Source of the DNA: Erysipelothrix inopinata
Lineage (GTDB): Bacteria; Bacillota_I; Bacilli_A; Erysipelotrichales; Erysipelotrichaceae
Assembly (NCBI RefSeq): GCF_014396165.1
Contig: NZ_CP060715.1
Coordinates: 1,560,001 to 1,592,000 of the forward strand
DNA length: 32,000 bases
Reading direction: 5' to 3'
Of the stretch, positions 17,207 to 25,793 are shown one piece after another. Each line of letters opens with the position of its first letter. Positions within the stretch are counted from its first letter, which is position 1. The notes beneath the pieces were generated by a model. The model had not been told where the DNA came from, searched no databases, and was given only the letters and a program-made list of their open reading frames with translations. The position numbers and the translations under genes are program-made.

Positions 17207-18220
17207 ATGAAAATTTTAGTTACAGGTGGTGCTGGATATATTGGCAGCCACACATGTGTCGAATTATTAAACGAAGGTCACGAAGTTGTTGTTGTCGATG
17301 ATCTATCGAATTCAAGCGAAACGTCTTTAGAACGTGTCGAAAAGATTACTGGTAAAAAAGTGATTTTTGAAAAACTTAATATTTTAGATCGTGAAGCATT
17401 AGATGCTTGTTTCTCGCGTCATGATATTGATGGTGTTATTCATTTTGCAGGATTCAAAGCAGTAGGTGAATCCGTTGCAAAACCAATTGAATACTATCAT
17501 AACAATATTACTGGAACACTTGTTCTATGTGATGTCATGCGTGCTCACAATGTTAAGAAAATTATTTTTAGTTCTTCCGCTACAGTGTACGGTTCTCCTA
17601 AAACAGTTCCTATTACTGAGGACTTCCCACTTTCTACAACCAATCCTTACGGTTCAACAAAGTTAATGCTAGAACAAATTCTACAAGATATTTATATTTC
17701 GGATCCAAGTTGGGGCGTTGTTATCTTACGATACTTTAATCCAATTGGTGCTCATGAATCAGGAATTATCGGTGAAGATCCAAAGGGAATTCCAAACAAC
17801 TTAATTCCTTATGTTGCACAAGTTGCGGCAGGTATTCGTGAGAAAGTTTCTGTATTTGGTGATGACTATGATACATATGATGGAACAGGAGTTCGAGATT
17901 ACATTCATGTTGTTGACTTGGCAAAGGGCCATGTTGCTGCTATGAATAAAATAATGAACGAAAATGAAGTCTTAATCTACAACTTAGGAACTGGTAACGG
18001 ATCCTCAGTGCTTGATATCATCAATACTTTCAGAAAAGTATCTGGCCAAGAAATTCCTTATGAAATTTGTGATCGCCGTCCTGGTGATATTGCAATTTGC
18101 TATGCTGATACTGAAAAAGCATTCAAAGAATTGGGTTGGAAAGCTCATTACAACCTTGAAGAAATGTGTGCTATGTCATGGAATTGGCAAAGTAACAACC
18201 CAAATGGGTATGACAAATAA
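17207..18220 (+). CDS. galE: UDP-glucose 4-epimerase
   Basis: MKILVTGGAGYIGSHT (NAD-binding site), SSSATVYG, and YGSTK (the YxxxK catalytic motif). The AGGAGG RBS precedes the ATG at 17207. The tracked TTG at 17156 is a spurious extension. Confidence 0.95.
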   Translation: MKILVTGGAGYIGSHTCVELLNEGHEVVVVDDLSNSSETSLERVEKITGKKVIFEKLNILDREALDACFSRHDIDGVIHFAGFKAVGESVAKPIEYYHNNITGTLVLCDVMRAHNVKKIIFSSSATVYGSPKTVPITEDFPLSTTNPYGSTKLMLEQILQDIYISDPSWGVVILRYFNPIGAHESGIIGEDPKGIPNNLIPYVAQVAAGIREKVSVFGDDYDTYDGTGVRDYIHVVDLAKGHVAAMNKIMNENEVLIYNLGTGNGSSVLDIINTFRKVSGQEIPYEICDRRPGDIAICYADTEKAFKELGWKAHYNLEEMCAMSWNWQSNNPNGYDK

Positions 18221-18234
18221 TTAATAATTTATAT

Positions 18235-18268
18235 AAAACCTTGAGTTTATCACTCAAGGTTTTTTTTG
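18235..18268 (+). terminator. Rho-independent terminator of galE
   Basis: AACCTTGAGT ttatc ACTCAAGGTT followed by T7. Confidence 0.75.
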
Positions 18269-18279
18269 TGCTGTTTTAT

Positions 18280-18334
18280 TTTTGTGACATCAATTGTTAT
18301 TTTCATGACATCAAATGGCGTTTTTGTGACATCA
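18280..18334 (+). repeat. Three direct repeats TTTT(TG/CA)TGACATCA with an exact 21-bp period
   Basis: The cores end at 18292, 18313 and 18334. They were read directly. The 14-nt unit is conserved apart from a 2-nt difference in the middle copy. Confidence 0.7.
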
Positions 18335-18357
18335 CGATAAAAAACCACCGTTGGTTG

Positions 18358-18366
18358 TGTTATTAT
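18358..18366 (+). promoter_or_regulatory. Candidate extended -10 promoter element (TGtTATTAT) without a recognisable -35
   Basis: TGT+TATTAT lies 26 nt downstream of the last direct repeat. The -35 position reads TAAAAA. This arrangement suggests an activator-dependent promoter for the giant gene. Confidence 0.3.
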
Positions 18367-18376
18367 TTAAGCCGAA

Positions 18377-18391
18377 ATGAAAACGCTAACT
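18377..18391. promoter_or_regulatory. cre-like (CcpA box) sequence ATGAAAACGCTAACT
   Basis: It fits every position of the B. subtilis cre consensus WTGNAANCGNWNNCW, recalled from memory. The consensus is degenerate, so a chance match is possible. Confidence 0.3.
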
Positions 18392-18442
18392 GTAACGTCT
18401 GTTATCTGTAACAACGTGAATTGCTAAGATTTTATATGGGGA

Positions 18443-18459
18443 TTAACGATTATCGTTAA
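18443..18459. promoter_or_regulatory. Perfect 8-1-8 palindrome TTAACGATtATCGTTAA, a candidate operator
   Basis: Read directly. It lies about 120 nt upstream of the giant ORF start codon. Confidence 0.35.
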
Positions 18460-18581
18460 AAATTAATAAACGCGATATAACTTTCATAAAAATTTCATCT
18501 ACTTTCACCTTGATTACTAGTTTGTAAAAACATGAATGGTACAGTTTAAGTGTATTAGATTTTAAAGAAAGGATAATTTGT

Positions 18582-18665
18582 ATGTTTAAGAAGAGACATT
18601 CGAAGTTTTTAATGGTGCTTTTGACAGTGTTTATGATGGTTCAAATGGCACCGCTTTCTTATGCA
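18582..18665 (+). other. Signal peptide of the giant protein (predicted cleavage after SYA)
   Basis: MFKKRHSKFLMVLLTVFMMVQMAPLSYA|DT has a basic n-region, a hydrophobic h-region and an AxA-like site. Confidence 0.7.
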
Positions 18666-21600
18666 GATACAAAGGCAGAGACAGCAAAAGATGCTGTAAC
18701 TGCTCAAGTTGAAGACGGTAAGAAAGAAGATTTGCTTGCTGATGAGTCTAAAAAAGATTCTAAGGATGAAGCTAAGTCGAAAGACACAGATAAATCCAAA
18801 GAAGAATCTAAAGTAGATAAACCAGTAACTCCAAAAGAGGCTGCTGATGCAGAAGATGTTGTTGTGAATACATTACAACTTACATTTGATCGTGCAACAG
18901 GCAGTAAAGATGTTACGGTCGTAACCGGTGACAAAACAAATGCTATCTTAACGTTTGGTTTGGGTAGTAATGTTGCAAATGGTCAACTCGGTTTACGTGT
19001 TAAACTACCAAAAGGCGTAAAACTTGATTACGCAGAATTTGTTGAGTTTAAAGTAACACGAGGTTCAGAATTAAATCCAACCACACCCGATCCAGAGGAA
19101 ACAGCTCTTGATTATTATTGGATTACCAATACGAAACCTTTAGCTTCCGGATCATCACGTGATATTGAATTTAGACTGACTCCTTTTGCGACTGGTGTCA
19201 CAGCTGACGGATCAAAAGTCGATGTCGTTGCTGATGCTTTCCAAATTAAAGAAAATGTTGCGTCACCAATCAATGGATCAGACAAAGCTGTCATTACAGC
19301 AAAAACTGATTCATTCAAATGGACAGAACCTTCAAGTTCTCACTCTGTTTCAGGTGGATCACTTACAACTAAAAATGTAACAATCAGTGAGTTTGCATAT
19401 TCAACATACGTTCGTTCACAAACATCTAAAACTGGCGGCGCATACGCTAATAAGATTGTTTATGAAAACCGTGTGATTGTACCTGTTGATGACTCAAATA
19501 AAGCGATGATTAAATTTAAGATTGAAAATATTTTAGATAGTAATCGTCAGCCTGTTGCTACAGATCGCTTGTCAAATGTAAGTTATGATTCTGATGGAAA
19601 TATTCGAAGCTTTACGATTAAAACAGAAGTTACGAATTCAAATCCAAATCAAGAATTTACAAACAATACAGGTGCATTCTACATTAAGGGTGCAACAATC
19701 AATCCAGATCAAATTGTTAATCAATATAATTTAAATCCTGGAGATACAAAAACACTTGAACTTACACATGAACCTTCTAAAGCTACAATCTATCCATTAG
19801 TAAAAACTACTGAATACTCAGAGTCTAATCCTCTTGTAGTAACAAGTCCAAATACTTATAAAACTTCCGTTACATTTACAAACCAAGTTGAAACTGGAGA
19901 AGAAACTAACAGTACACTTGAAAAGAAAATTGTTCGTTTGGGTGGTGTTGATACAACCAATACTGACTATAGTAAATTATCAGGATATGATAATGATTTA
20001 ATTACATATACATTAGGATCCAACTTTAGAAACCGTCAAGAAGGCACATTGAAAGAACTTCGTTTCACAGAATATGCTAACAAGGTTGATGAAAACGGAA
20101 AACAAATTGGTTTCAATACTGATGAAATTCGTTTTGATAATCTAAAACCAGGGATTCTAAAACAAAAAGACAATGTACCATTCACTAATACAACACTTGA
20201 TATTGTTGTTTCGTTTGAAGGTACTACAGATACACTAAGCAAGAGTTATTCTGCTCAAGACCTTAATGAACTTGCAGATCCAAATGGTGAAAGATACAAA
20301 GCTGAAAGCTTAATTCGTGATCCTAAGGATGAACGGGTGGTTAAGAAAATTGAGTATGTTTATAAAAATGTAGAGTCTGGCGCATATATCAGTACAGCTC
20401 CACGTCTCACATACACGATTCTTGCACGTGATCTTGTTTTTGATAACACTAAGGTTACAAACAATGCTGAAATGACTTATAACTATATGAATAAGAACTT
20501 TACCAATACAAGTAAAGATGCTTACTTTAGTTACAAGAGCCGTAAATTTATTGACGAAGATGGTAGCATCAAAGATAAAAAAGAAGGATTTAACTTTAAC
20601 GATGATCGCTTCCAAAGAAGAAATGACGTTATTCGTTTTACTATCAACATAGAAAACGATAAGACAGATCCAATTAAAATTAAAACAATTGAAGACTTCT
20701 ACACAAAGAATATGAGTCTATACAATGGTGCTCATTCAGTCTTTAATGATAATTCTTCAAAAGATATTGAACCGATTTATCTCCAACAAGATAATGATGC
20801 AAACCTCGTCATCTGGAATCCTCAAGATCCGACACAACGTCTTGAAACACAACCAGGTTTCACCATTACATCTGATACAAATGTAGATAGCTCACTTTAT
20901 CATTTGATGAAAATTGAATTTGATGATGAAGTCGTGCTACAACCAAGTGAAACTTTAAAATTAACCTATACAATGTACGTTAATGACACATATATTGCTG
21001 ATACAGCTATCGGTAACCGATACACTGCATTTGATGGTCCTGATGCTGTAGCCACAGGTGAATATTGGCGTGCACGCCGTGAACCTGGAGATTGGTTCAG
21101 AAACATTAATAAAGATGTCGTTAATGCATCAAGTTCAAAAACAGCAGAACTTCCTGTAGAAAATGATTATTTAATCTATACTTTACTTGTAAAAAATGAC
21201 ACAGTTCATACATGGTATAATCCAACAATTGAAGATACCTATACTAATAATGTTGAACTTGCTTACGATACACCAATCGCAGATGAAATAAGACCTGAGG
21301 TCTTAGCTAAATATCCTGTGAATGATGATATTGACAGTAAGCTTCACTTAGTAGTTGGTGTCAATGACAAGAATGAACAATACCTTCCAGAAGGCGTTGA
21401 TGTTTCACAAATCACAGCTGAAGTTAACGAAGATCACAATCACTTTATTGTGAAAATGCCAAATAGTATTATTAAACCAGGTGAAGAACTTCGATTAATT
21501 TATGCTGTGAAAGTTAAAGAAAATATTGATACAACAATCTTGAGTAACCGTAAGATCGTTAACCGTTTTACAACGAAGGCTTATCCAACAGCAGATTCCA

Positions 21601-24600
21601 CAACACCAATTGATGTTCTCTTTGGTCGCAATGAACTTGCATTAAGTCCTGATTATGGTAAGACAGGGGACGTTTCAGTTGTTAAATCAGCACAACCTCT
21701 CAATGATGCGAAAATTAATGGATTGATTCACGGTGATGAAATTCGTTACAAAATCACAGCTTCAAACTACTTATCAAGAGAAAATAGAATTGTTAAAGTT
21801 AAAAATGTTATGGACTTCGTTCCAGACAGTATCGACTTCAAAGAAGATACTTTAAAAGTTTATACAGTTGTTACTCCTGAAAACGAAGGCTACGTGGATG
21901 TTGAAGCAAACAGAACTGTGGTTGATCCATCACTCTATGATGTCACTTATGATGCAACAACACGTAAAATTCTTGTCGCATTCAAAGACAGTTTTGAAAT
22001 TCCAGGACTTAATGTTGATGGAACAACAAAGAACCGTGAACACGTTCAATTGATTGTTGAATTTGATGCAAAAGTTAACACAACAAATACAGTCTTCGGA
22101 CCTGAAGAACTATCTGTATCACGCGTCAATACTGCGGGTGTTTACTATACACAACCTGCAACTGAACTCTTATCAAAGAGTGGTCAATTAATTTCAAAAC
22201 ATGAAATTCCTGAAGAGTTTAAACAATATGATGACAATGATCCTGAAACGAAGAGTTTCATCATTGGTAAAACACAATCAGCGATTCTATTGAATCAAAA
22301 TATCCTCTACGGTAATGTCTTGAAGAAAGTTAATCCATATGTACATGATGTAGGAAATAACGATACAAATACACGTACCTACAAGATCCATATGCAAAAC
22401 TTGTCTTTCGTAACGCTAGAACCTACACACCTTGTAGACTTGTTACCTAAGTATGAAACAATCGATACTACAAAAGATGTAATTGTTTATGATTCTAAGA
22501 ATCCAGATGCAGTAAAACATCCCGTTGATTATGTTACAGATACTGTGACGATTGAAGGTAAAGAATACAATCGTATTCAATTTACGAACCGTCCAAAAGA
22601 TGATGATCATCACATTGCTATCGAAGGTATTACTAAATTTGGTGATATGAATGAATGGGTCTTAGAGTATTCAACGGTTGTTGATAAAGAAACAGCCTTG
22701 AGTGATTTCTATGAACAAGATATTTATCTCGAAAACCAAGTTAACAAAATTGCAATGTATACTGAGAAAGAAATGATTGTTCGTGCTCAATCATCATATG
22801 AAGCTGCAGCAAAACAAACAAATGATGACCAACCAGACACTAACTGGGATAGTAATCCTGATACAAAGATTCGTTATGTCAACTCTACTGAAGTTCGAAA
22901 TGTAGCACAATCAATTGTGCCATTTGTAAATGTACAGAGCCAATGGATCCGAATTTCTGGAGAACAAGAAGAATATATCAATTACGAAAGTGGACAATCA
23001 ATCAATCCGGGCAGTGTTGTAGCTTGGAAAGTAAACTTTGGTAACGGAAATGCAGATGATACTCCTGATATCGTGAAAGGTTCTTATGTAACATTAGAAC
23101 TTCCGGTAGGTAGTTACTTTGCAGGATACCGTGATAATACACTTCCTTCATATCTTGAAGAAGTGGATGGACCATTTGTAGTAGGAGACTCTCAAAAACG
23201 ACTTCTAGTATGGCGTGTTAAAGAGGATCTTCCAAAAGGAACCGTCAAAGAATTTACAGTTCGTTCAACGACACAAGAAGCAAAATATGAAACTTATGAA
23301 GCGGGTGCAGAATTTATTCCACTCAACCAACGATTCATTGAATCGAAAGTTAGAAACTGGGCACGATTCCAACCTTATTCATTTGAACCTGATTATGGAG
23401 ATCGCACACACATTGGTAGTGATCTAGTCGGTGAATCTTACCTTGTTAAGAGCCGTTCTCAAGTTGATGTCTTCGGCAGTTTAGGTATTGGAGCATCCTT
23501 AAAAGTAACAGATAAAACAAACAGTTCAAATGTTGCTACAAGTTACTCACGACCATATACAATTAAAGTGCCAACAAGTGCAAGTGAAGTTCGTTATACA
23601 ATGCAATTTGATGTTAAAAACTCAGCACACAAAGTTAGTGACATCTCACTTGTAAATAGACTTGCTCGCATCGACGATACATATGTATTGCGTGATGAAA
23701 AACGTGATAGCTTGGCTTCCATGAATCTTGTGGGAGACGGTGATTTTGAAATTTTACTTGTTGATAACAACTTAAACAGTGTTACACGTACATTTGATCC
23801 TTCAGAATATACTGTTCAATATGCATTTGAAAGTCCAAATTATATCTTTACTGAAAATGACTTTGAAGCTAATGGTAGTGACATTTGGAAAACTGCTCAA
23901 GAAATTACAGACAGTGGTTTATCCTTTGAAGATGTTACAGCTGTTCGTGTTCTCATGAATAGCGATATCGAACTTGAAAGTGGTCAATCAGTCCGTGCAA
24001 ACTTTACAACATCACTCGAAGAAGCATTCCGTGAAGACTGGTTTGCAAACGACTCGTTTGCTTACCGTGTACGCCTTGGTGATACACTCCATGTTAATGC
24101 AGAAACACGTAATGTTGGTGTCAATACAAATGTTCAAAAAGACCGTTTAGTTATTAATACTAAAGTTATTGATCCTGCATTAGTACCATTACGTACAACA
24201 TTTGATGTAGATGTTATTGCAAAAGATGGTGATACTGAAGTTGCTCGTGTACCACTTACTATCGATGTTATGAAAGCTGGATTTAATCTTGCTTCAATCG
24301 ACTGGGTAGAAGCACTTTCACGTGACTACACATACACTATTGAACCAAAACACTATGAACAATATCGTGCTCCAAAATTCAGTGTATCAAGTATTAAAGA
24401 CCGTACAGGACTTACAACATATACTGTAGATTTGGAATATGAACGTATTATTTATGATGAAGTAAAAGTTGATGTCAATGTGGTAAATCCACGTCAATTC
24501 AACATGCTTAATGAAGCAAGTTACACCATTCAAAAATTTGATGCTACAGGCACTATGGTCGATGAATTTACGGATACATTAACCATTGATGCTAACCAAT

Positions 24601-25784
24601 CTGCTACAATGGCTTACACCACTTTCGAGACAGGATTTACCTATAAGTTAATTCCTAATGAAGAAGCAGGGTACCATGTAACGGTTGAATCATCAGAAGA
24701 AACATTAGATACTACAGGTATTCGTCATCACTTCGTGATTACATACCAAACTCAATACACAGATAGTGCAGAGGTAAATGTTAAGGTTATTAATCATAGT
24801 GGTAAGAATCTTCTTAAAGAAGTAGCTTATGATTTCTATTCTGACCAAGATCTTGTATCAAGTGAAACATTGAAACTTACTAATTCTGTTGGCAGTCGTG
24901 ATCACAAGGATCTTATGGAAGATAAAACATATTCCGTGAAACCTAAATTCTACGAACGTTATAAATTAACGATGACAACAGATAAACAAGAAAATCCTGA
25001 TGGATCAATTCACTGGGTATTTAATCTTGAATATGAAGAAGTAGATGAAGCAACTATCTTTGATGCAGCGGAAGTGAATATCGAAGTAGAAAATATCACA
25101 GGTAACTTAAAACTTGATAATGTATCGTATGACTTCTTTGAAAATGATCAAATCATTGATACACAAAATCTCAATGTTGTGAATAACACAGCGCAACATA
25201 GTTATAAAGAATTACAAACAAAACGTACATATAGTGTTACTCCTAAGAATTACGCAGGGTACACTACAACGATGTCTCAAGATAAAGTTCTTAATGCTGA
25301 CGGAAGTATTACTTGGATCTTTAACATTAAATATACTGAAAATGTACCGGTAAAATTAAGCACAGCTGAAGTGAATGTTAAAGTGATTAATAAGTCAGGC
25401 AAAAATATTCTTAAAGAAGTTGATTATGACTTCATGGAAGATAATGCAATTCTTGTATCAGAAACATTAGGACTTACAAAACTTGAAGGTCATAAGGATT
25501 ACTCAGAGTTGAATCCAAAATCAATCTATGCTGTGAAAGGTAAAGAGTATAAGGGATACAAACTTACTTCAAAAGCTCGTACAGAGGTAACTGAAGAGGG
25601 AGGACTTCACTGGATCTTTGATCTTGAATATGTTGAAGACAAAAAAGATGACGGAGGAGAAGTAATTCCGCCAACAGGTGTCGATAATGGCATTATTTAC
25701 GGAGCGATTGCTCTTGTAGCAGTTGGTGCTGTCATTGTTCTTATTAATCGTAAACGCAATAAATCTGACGAAGATAAGAAATAA
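18582..25784 (+). CDS. Giant (2400 aa) modular cell-wall-anchored surface protein / putative adhesin
   Basis: It has a Sec signal peptide, a K/D/E/S-rich spacer, and recurrent beta-sandwich-like modules with DUF11-like motifs (for example GDEIRYKITASNY at 21732..21770). It also has five C-terminal repeats of about 100 aa, an IPPTG sorting motif, a TM segment and a basic tail. I saw no cysteine anywhere in the translation. Confidence 0.9.
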   Translation: MFKKRHSKFLMVLLTVFMMVQMAPLSYADTKAETAKDAVTAQVEDGKKEDLLADESKKDSKDEAKSKDTDKSKEESKVDKPVTPKEAADAEDVVVNTLQLTFDRATGSKDVTVVTGDKTNAILTFGLGSNVANGQLGLRVKLPKGVKLDYAEFVEFKVTRGSELNPTTPDPEETALDYYWITNTKPLASGSSRDIEFRLTPFATGVTADGSKVDVVADAFQIKENVASPINGSDKAVITAKTDSFKWTEPSSSHSVSGGSLTTKNVTISEFAYSTYVRSQTSKTGGAYANKIVYENRVIVPVDDSNKAMIKFKIENILDSNRQPVATDRLSNVSYDSDGNIRSFTIKTEVTNSNPNQEFTNNTGAFYIKGATINPDQIVNQYNLNPGDTKTLELTHEPSKATIYPLVKTTEYSESNPLVVTSPNTYKTSVTFTNQVETGEETNSTLEKKIVRLGGVDTTNTDYSKLSGYDNDLITYTLGSNFRNRQEGTLKELRFTEYANKVDENGKQIGFNTDEIRFDNLKPGILKQKDNVPFTNTTLDIVVSFEGTTDTLSKSYSAQDLNELADPNGERYKAESLIRDPKDERVVKKIEYVYKNVESGAYISTAPRLTYTILARDLVFDNTKVTNNAEMTYNYMNKNFTNTSKDAYFSYKSRKFIDEDGSIKDKKEGFNFNDDRFQRRNDVIRFTINIENDKTDPIKIKTIEDFYTKNMSLYNGAHSVFNDNSSKDIEPIYLQQDNDANLVIWNPQDPTQRLETQPGFTITSDTNVDSSLYHLMKIEFDDEVVLQPSETLKLTYTMYVNDTYIADTAIGNRYTAFDGPDAVATGEYWRARREPGDWFRNINKDVVNASSSKTAELPVENDYLIYTLLVKNDTVHTWYNPTIEDTYTNNVELAYDTPIADEIRPEVLAKYPVNDDIDSKLHLVVGVNDKNEQYLPEGVDVSQITAEVNEDHNHFIVKMPNSIIKPGEELRLIYAVKVKENIDTTILSNRKIVNRFTTKAYPTADSTTPIDVLFGRNELALSPDYGKTGDVSVVKSAQPLNDAKINGLIHGDEIRYKITASNYLSRENRIVKVKNVMDFVPDSIDFKEDTLKVYTVVTPENEGYVDVEANRTVVDPSLYDVTYDATTRKILVAFKDSFEIPGLNVDGTTKNREHVQLIVEFDAKVNTTNTVFGPEELSVSRVNTAGVYYTQPATELLSKSGQLISKHEIPEEFKQYDDNDPETKSFIIGKTQSAILLNQNILYGNVLKKVNPYVHDVGNNDTNTRTYKIHMQNLSFVTLEPTHLVDLLPKYETIDTTKDVIVYDSKNPDAVKHPVDYVTDTVTIEGKEYNRIQFTNRPKDDDHHIAIEGITKFGDMNEWVLEYSTVVDKETALSDFYEQDIYLENQVNKIAMYTEKEMIVRAQSSYEAAAKQTNDDQPDTNWDSNPDTKIRYVNSTEVRNVAQSIVPFVNVQSQWIRISGEQEEYINYESGQSINPGSVVAWKVNFGNGNADDTPDIVKGSYVTLELPVGSYFAGYRDNTLPSYLEEVDGPFVVGDSQKRLLVWRVKEDLPKGTVKEFTVRSTTQEAKYETYEAGAEFIPLNQRFIESKVRNWARFQPYSFEPDYGDRTHIGSDLVGESYLVKSRSQVDVFGSLGIGASLKVTDKTNSSNVATSYSRPYTIKVPTSASEVRYTMQFDVKNSAHKVSDISLVNRLARIDDTYVLRDEKRDSLASMNLVGDGDFEILLVDNNLNSVTRTFDPSEYTVQYAFESPNYIFTENDFEANGSDIWKTAQEITDSGLSFEDVTAVRVLMNSDIELESGQSVRANFTTSLEEAFREDWFANDSFAYRVRLGDTLHVNAETRNVGVNTNVQKDRLVINTKVIDPALVPLRTTFDVDVIAKDGDTEVARVPLTIDVMKAGFNLASIDWVEALSRDYTYTIEPKHYEQYRAPKFSVSSIKDRTGLTTYTVDLEYERIIYDEVKVDVNVVNPRQFNMLNEASYTIQKFDATGTMVDEFTDTLTIDANQSATMAYTTFETGFTYKLIPNEEAGYHVTVESSEETLDTTGIRHHFVITYQTQYTDSAEVNVKVINHSGKNLLKEVAYDFYSDQDLVSSETLKLTNSVGSRDHKDLMEDKTYSVKPKFYERYKLTMTTDKQENPDGSIHWVFNLEYEEVDEATIFDAAEVNIEVENITGNLKLDNVSYDFFENDQIIDTQNLNVVNNTAQHSYKELQTKRTYSVTPKNYAGYTTTMSQDKVLNADGSITWIFNIKYTENVPVKLSTAEVNVKVINKSGKNILKEVDYDFMEDNAILVSETLGLTKLEGHKDYSELNPKSIYAVKGKEYKGYKLTSKARTEVTEEGGLHWIFDLEYVEDKKDDGGEVIPPTGVDNGIIYGAIALVAVGAVIVLINRKRNKSDEDKK
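24141..25640 (+). repeat. Five tandem repeats of about 100 aa (about 300 nt) in the C-terminal stalk of the giant protein
   Basis: The last three units start at 24768, 25068 and 25365, giving periods of 300 and 297 nt. They share AEVN[VI].V.N..G...L..V.YDF....Y.V.PK.Y.GY......DGS..W.F...Y. The two upstream units are more divergent. Confidence 0.7.
25665..25781 (+). other. Sortase-type cell wall sorting signal with a variant IPPTG motif
   Basis: IPPTG (25665..25679), then the hydrophobic VDNGIIYGAIALVAVGAVIVLI, then the basic NRKRNK, then SDEDKK and the stop. Confidence 0.7.
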
Positions 25785-25793
25785 AACCTAAAG

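Noticed and set aside
18306-18341. Mini-ORF MTSNGVFVTSR spanning the direct repeats
   Set aside because: It has no RBS. The reading frame is a by-product of the ATGACATCA / GTGACATCA repeats.
18270-18581. Invertible-promoter (phase variation) switch or DGR target for the adhesin gene
   Set aside because: No pair of inverted repeats flanks the region. There is no recombinase or reverse transcriptase gene in the window. The repeats present are direct or short local palindromes.
18704-23427. Small ORFs on both strands inside the giant gene (for example 18704..18934-, 19115..19318-, 20036..20242-, 20310..20615-, 21868..22053+, 23215..23427+)
   Set aside because: All are nested in a continuous 7.2 kb frame that has clear protein features. 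They are out-of-frame or antisense shadows.
24141-25640. Periodic repeats as a CRISPR-like or satellite array
   Set aside because: The period is about 300 nt. The repeats are in frame and diverged at the DNA level, and they encode protein domains. This is not a repeat-spacer architecture.
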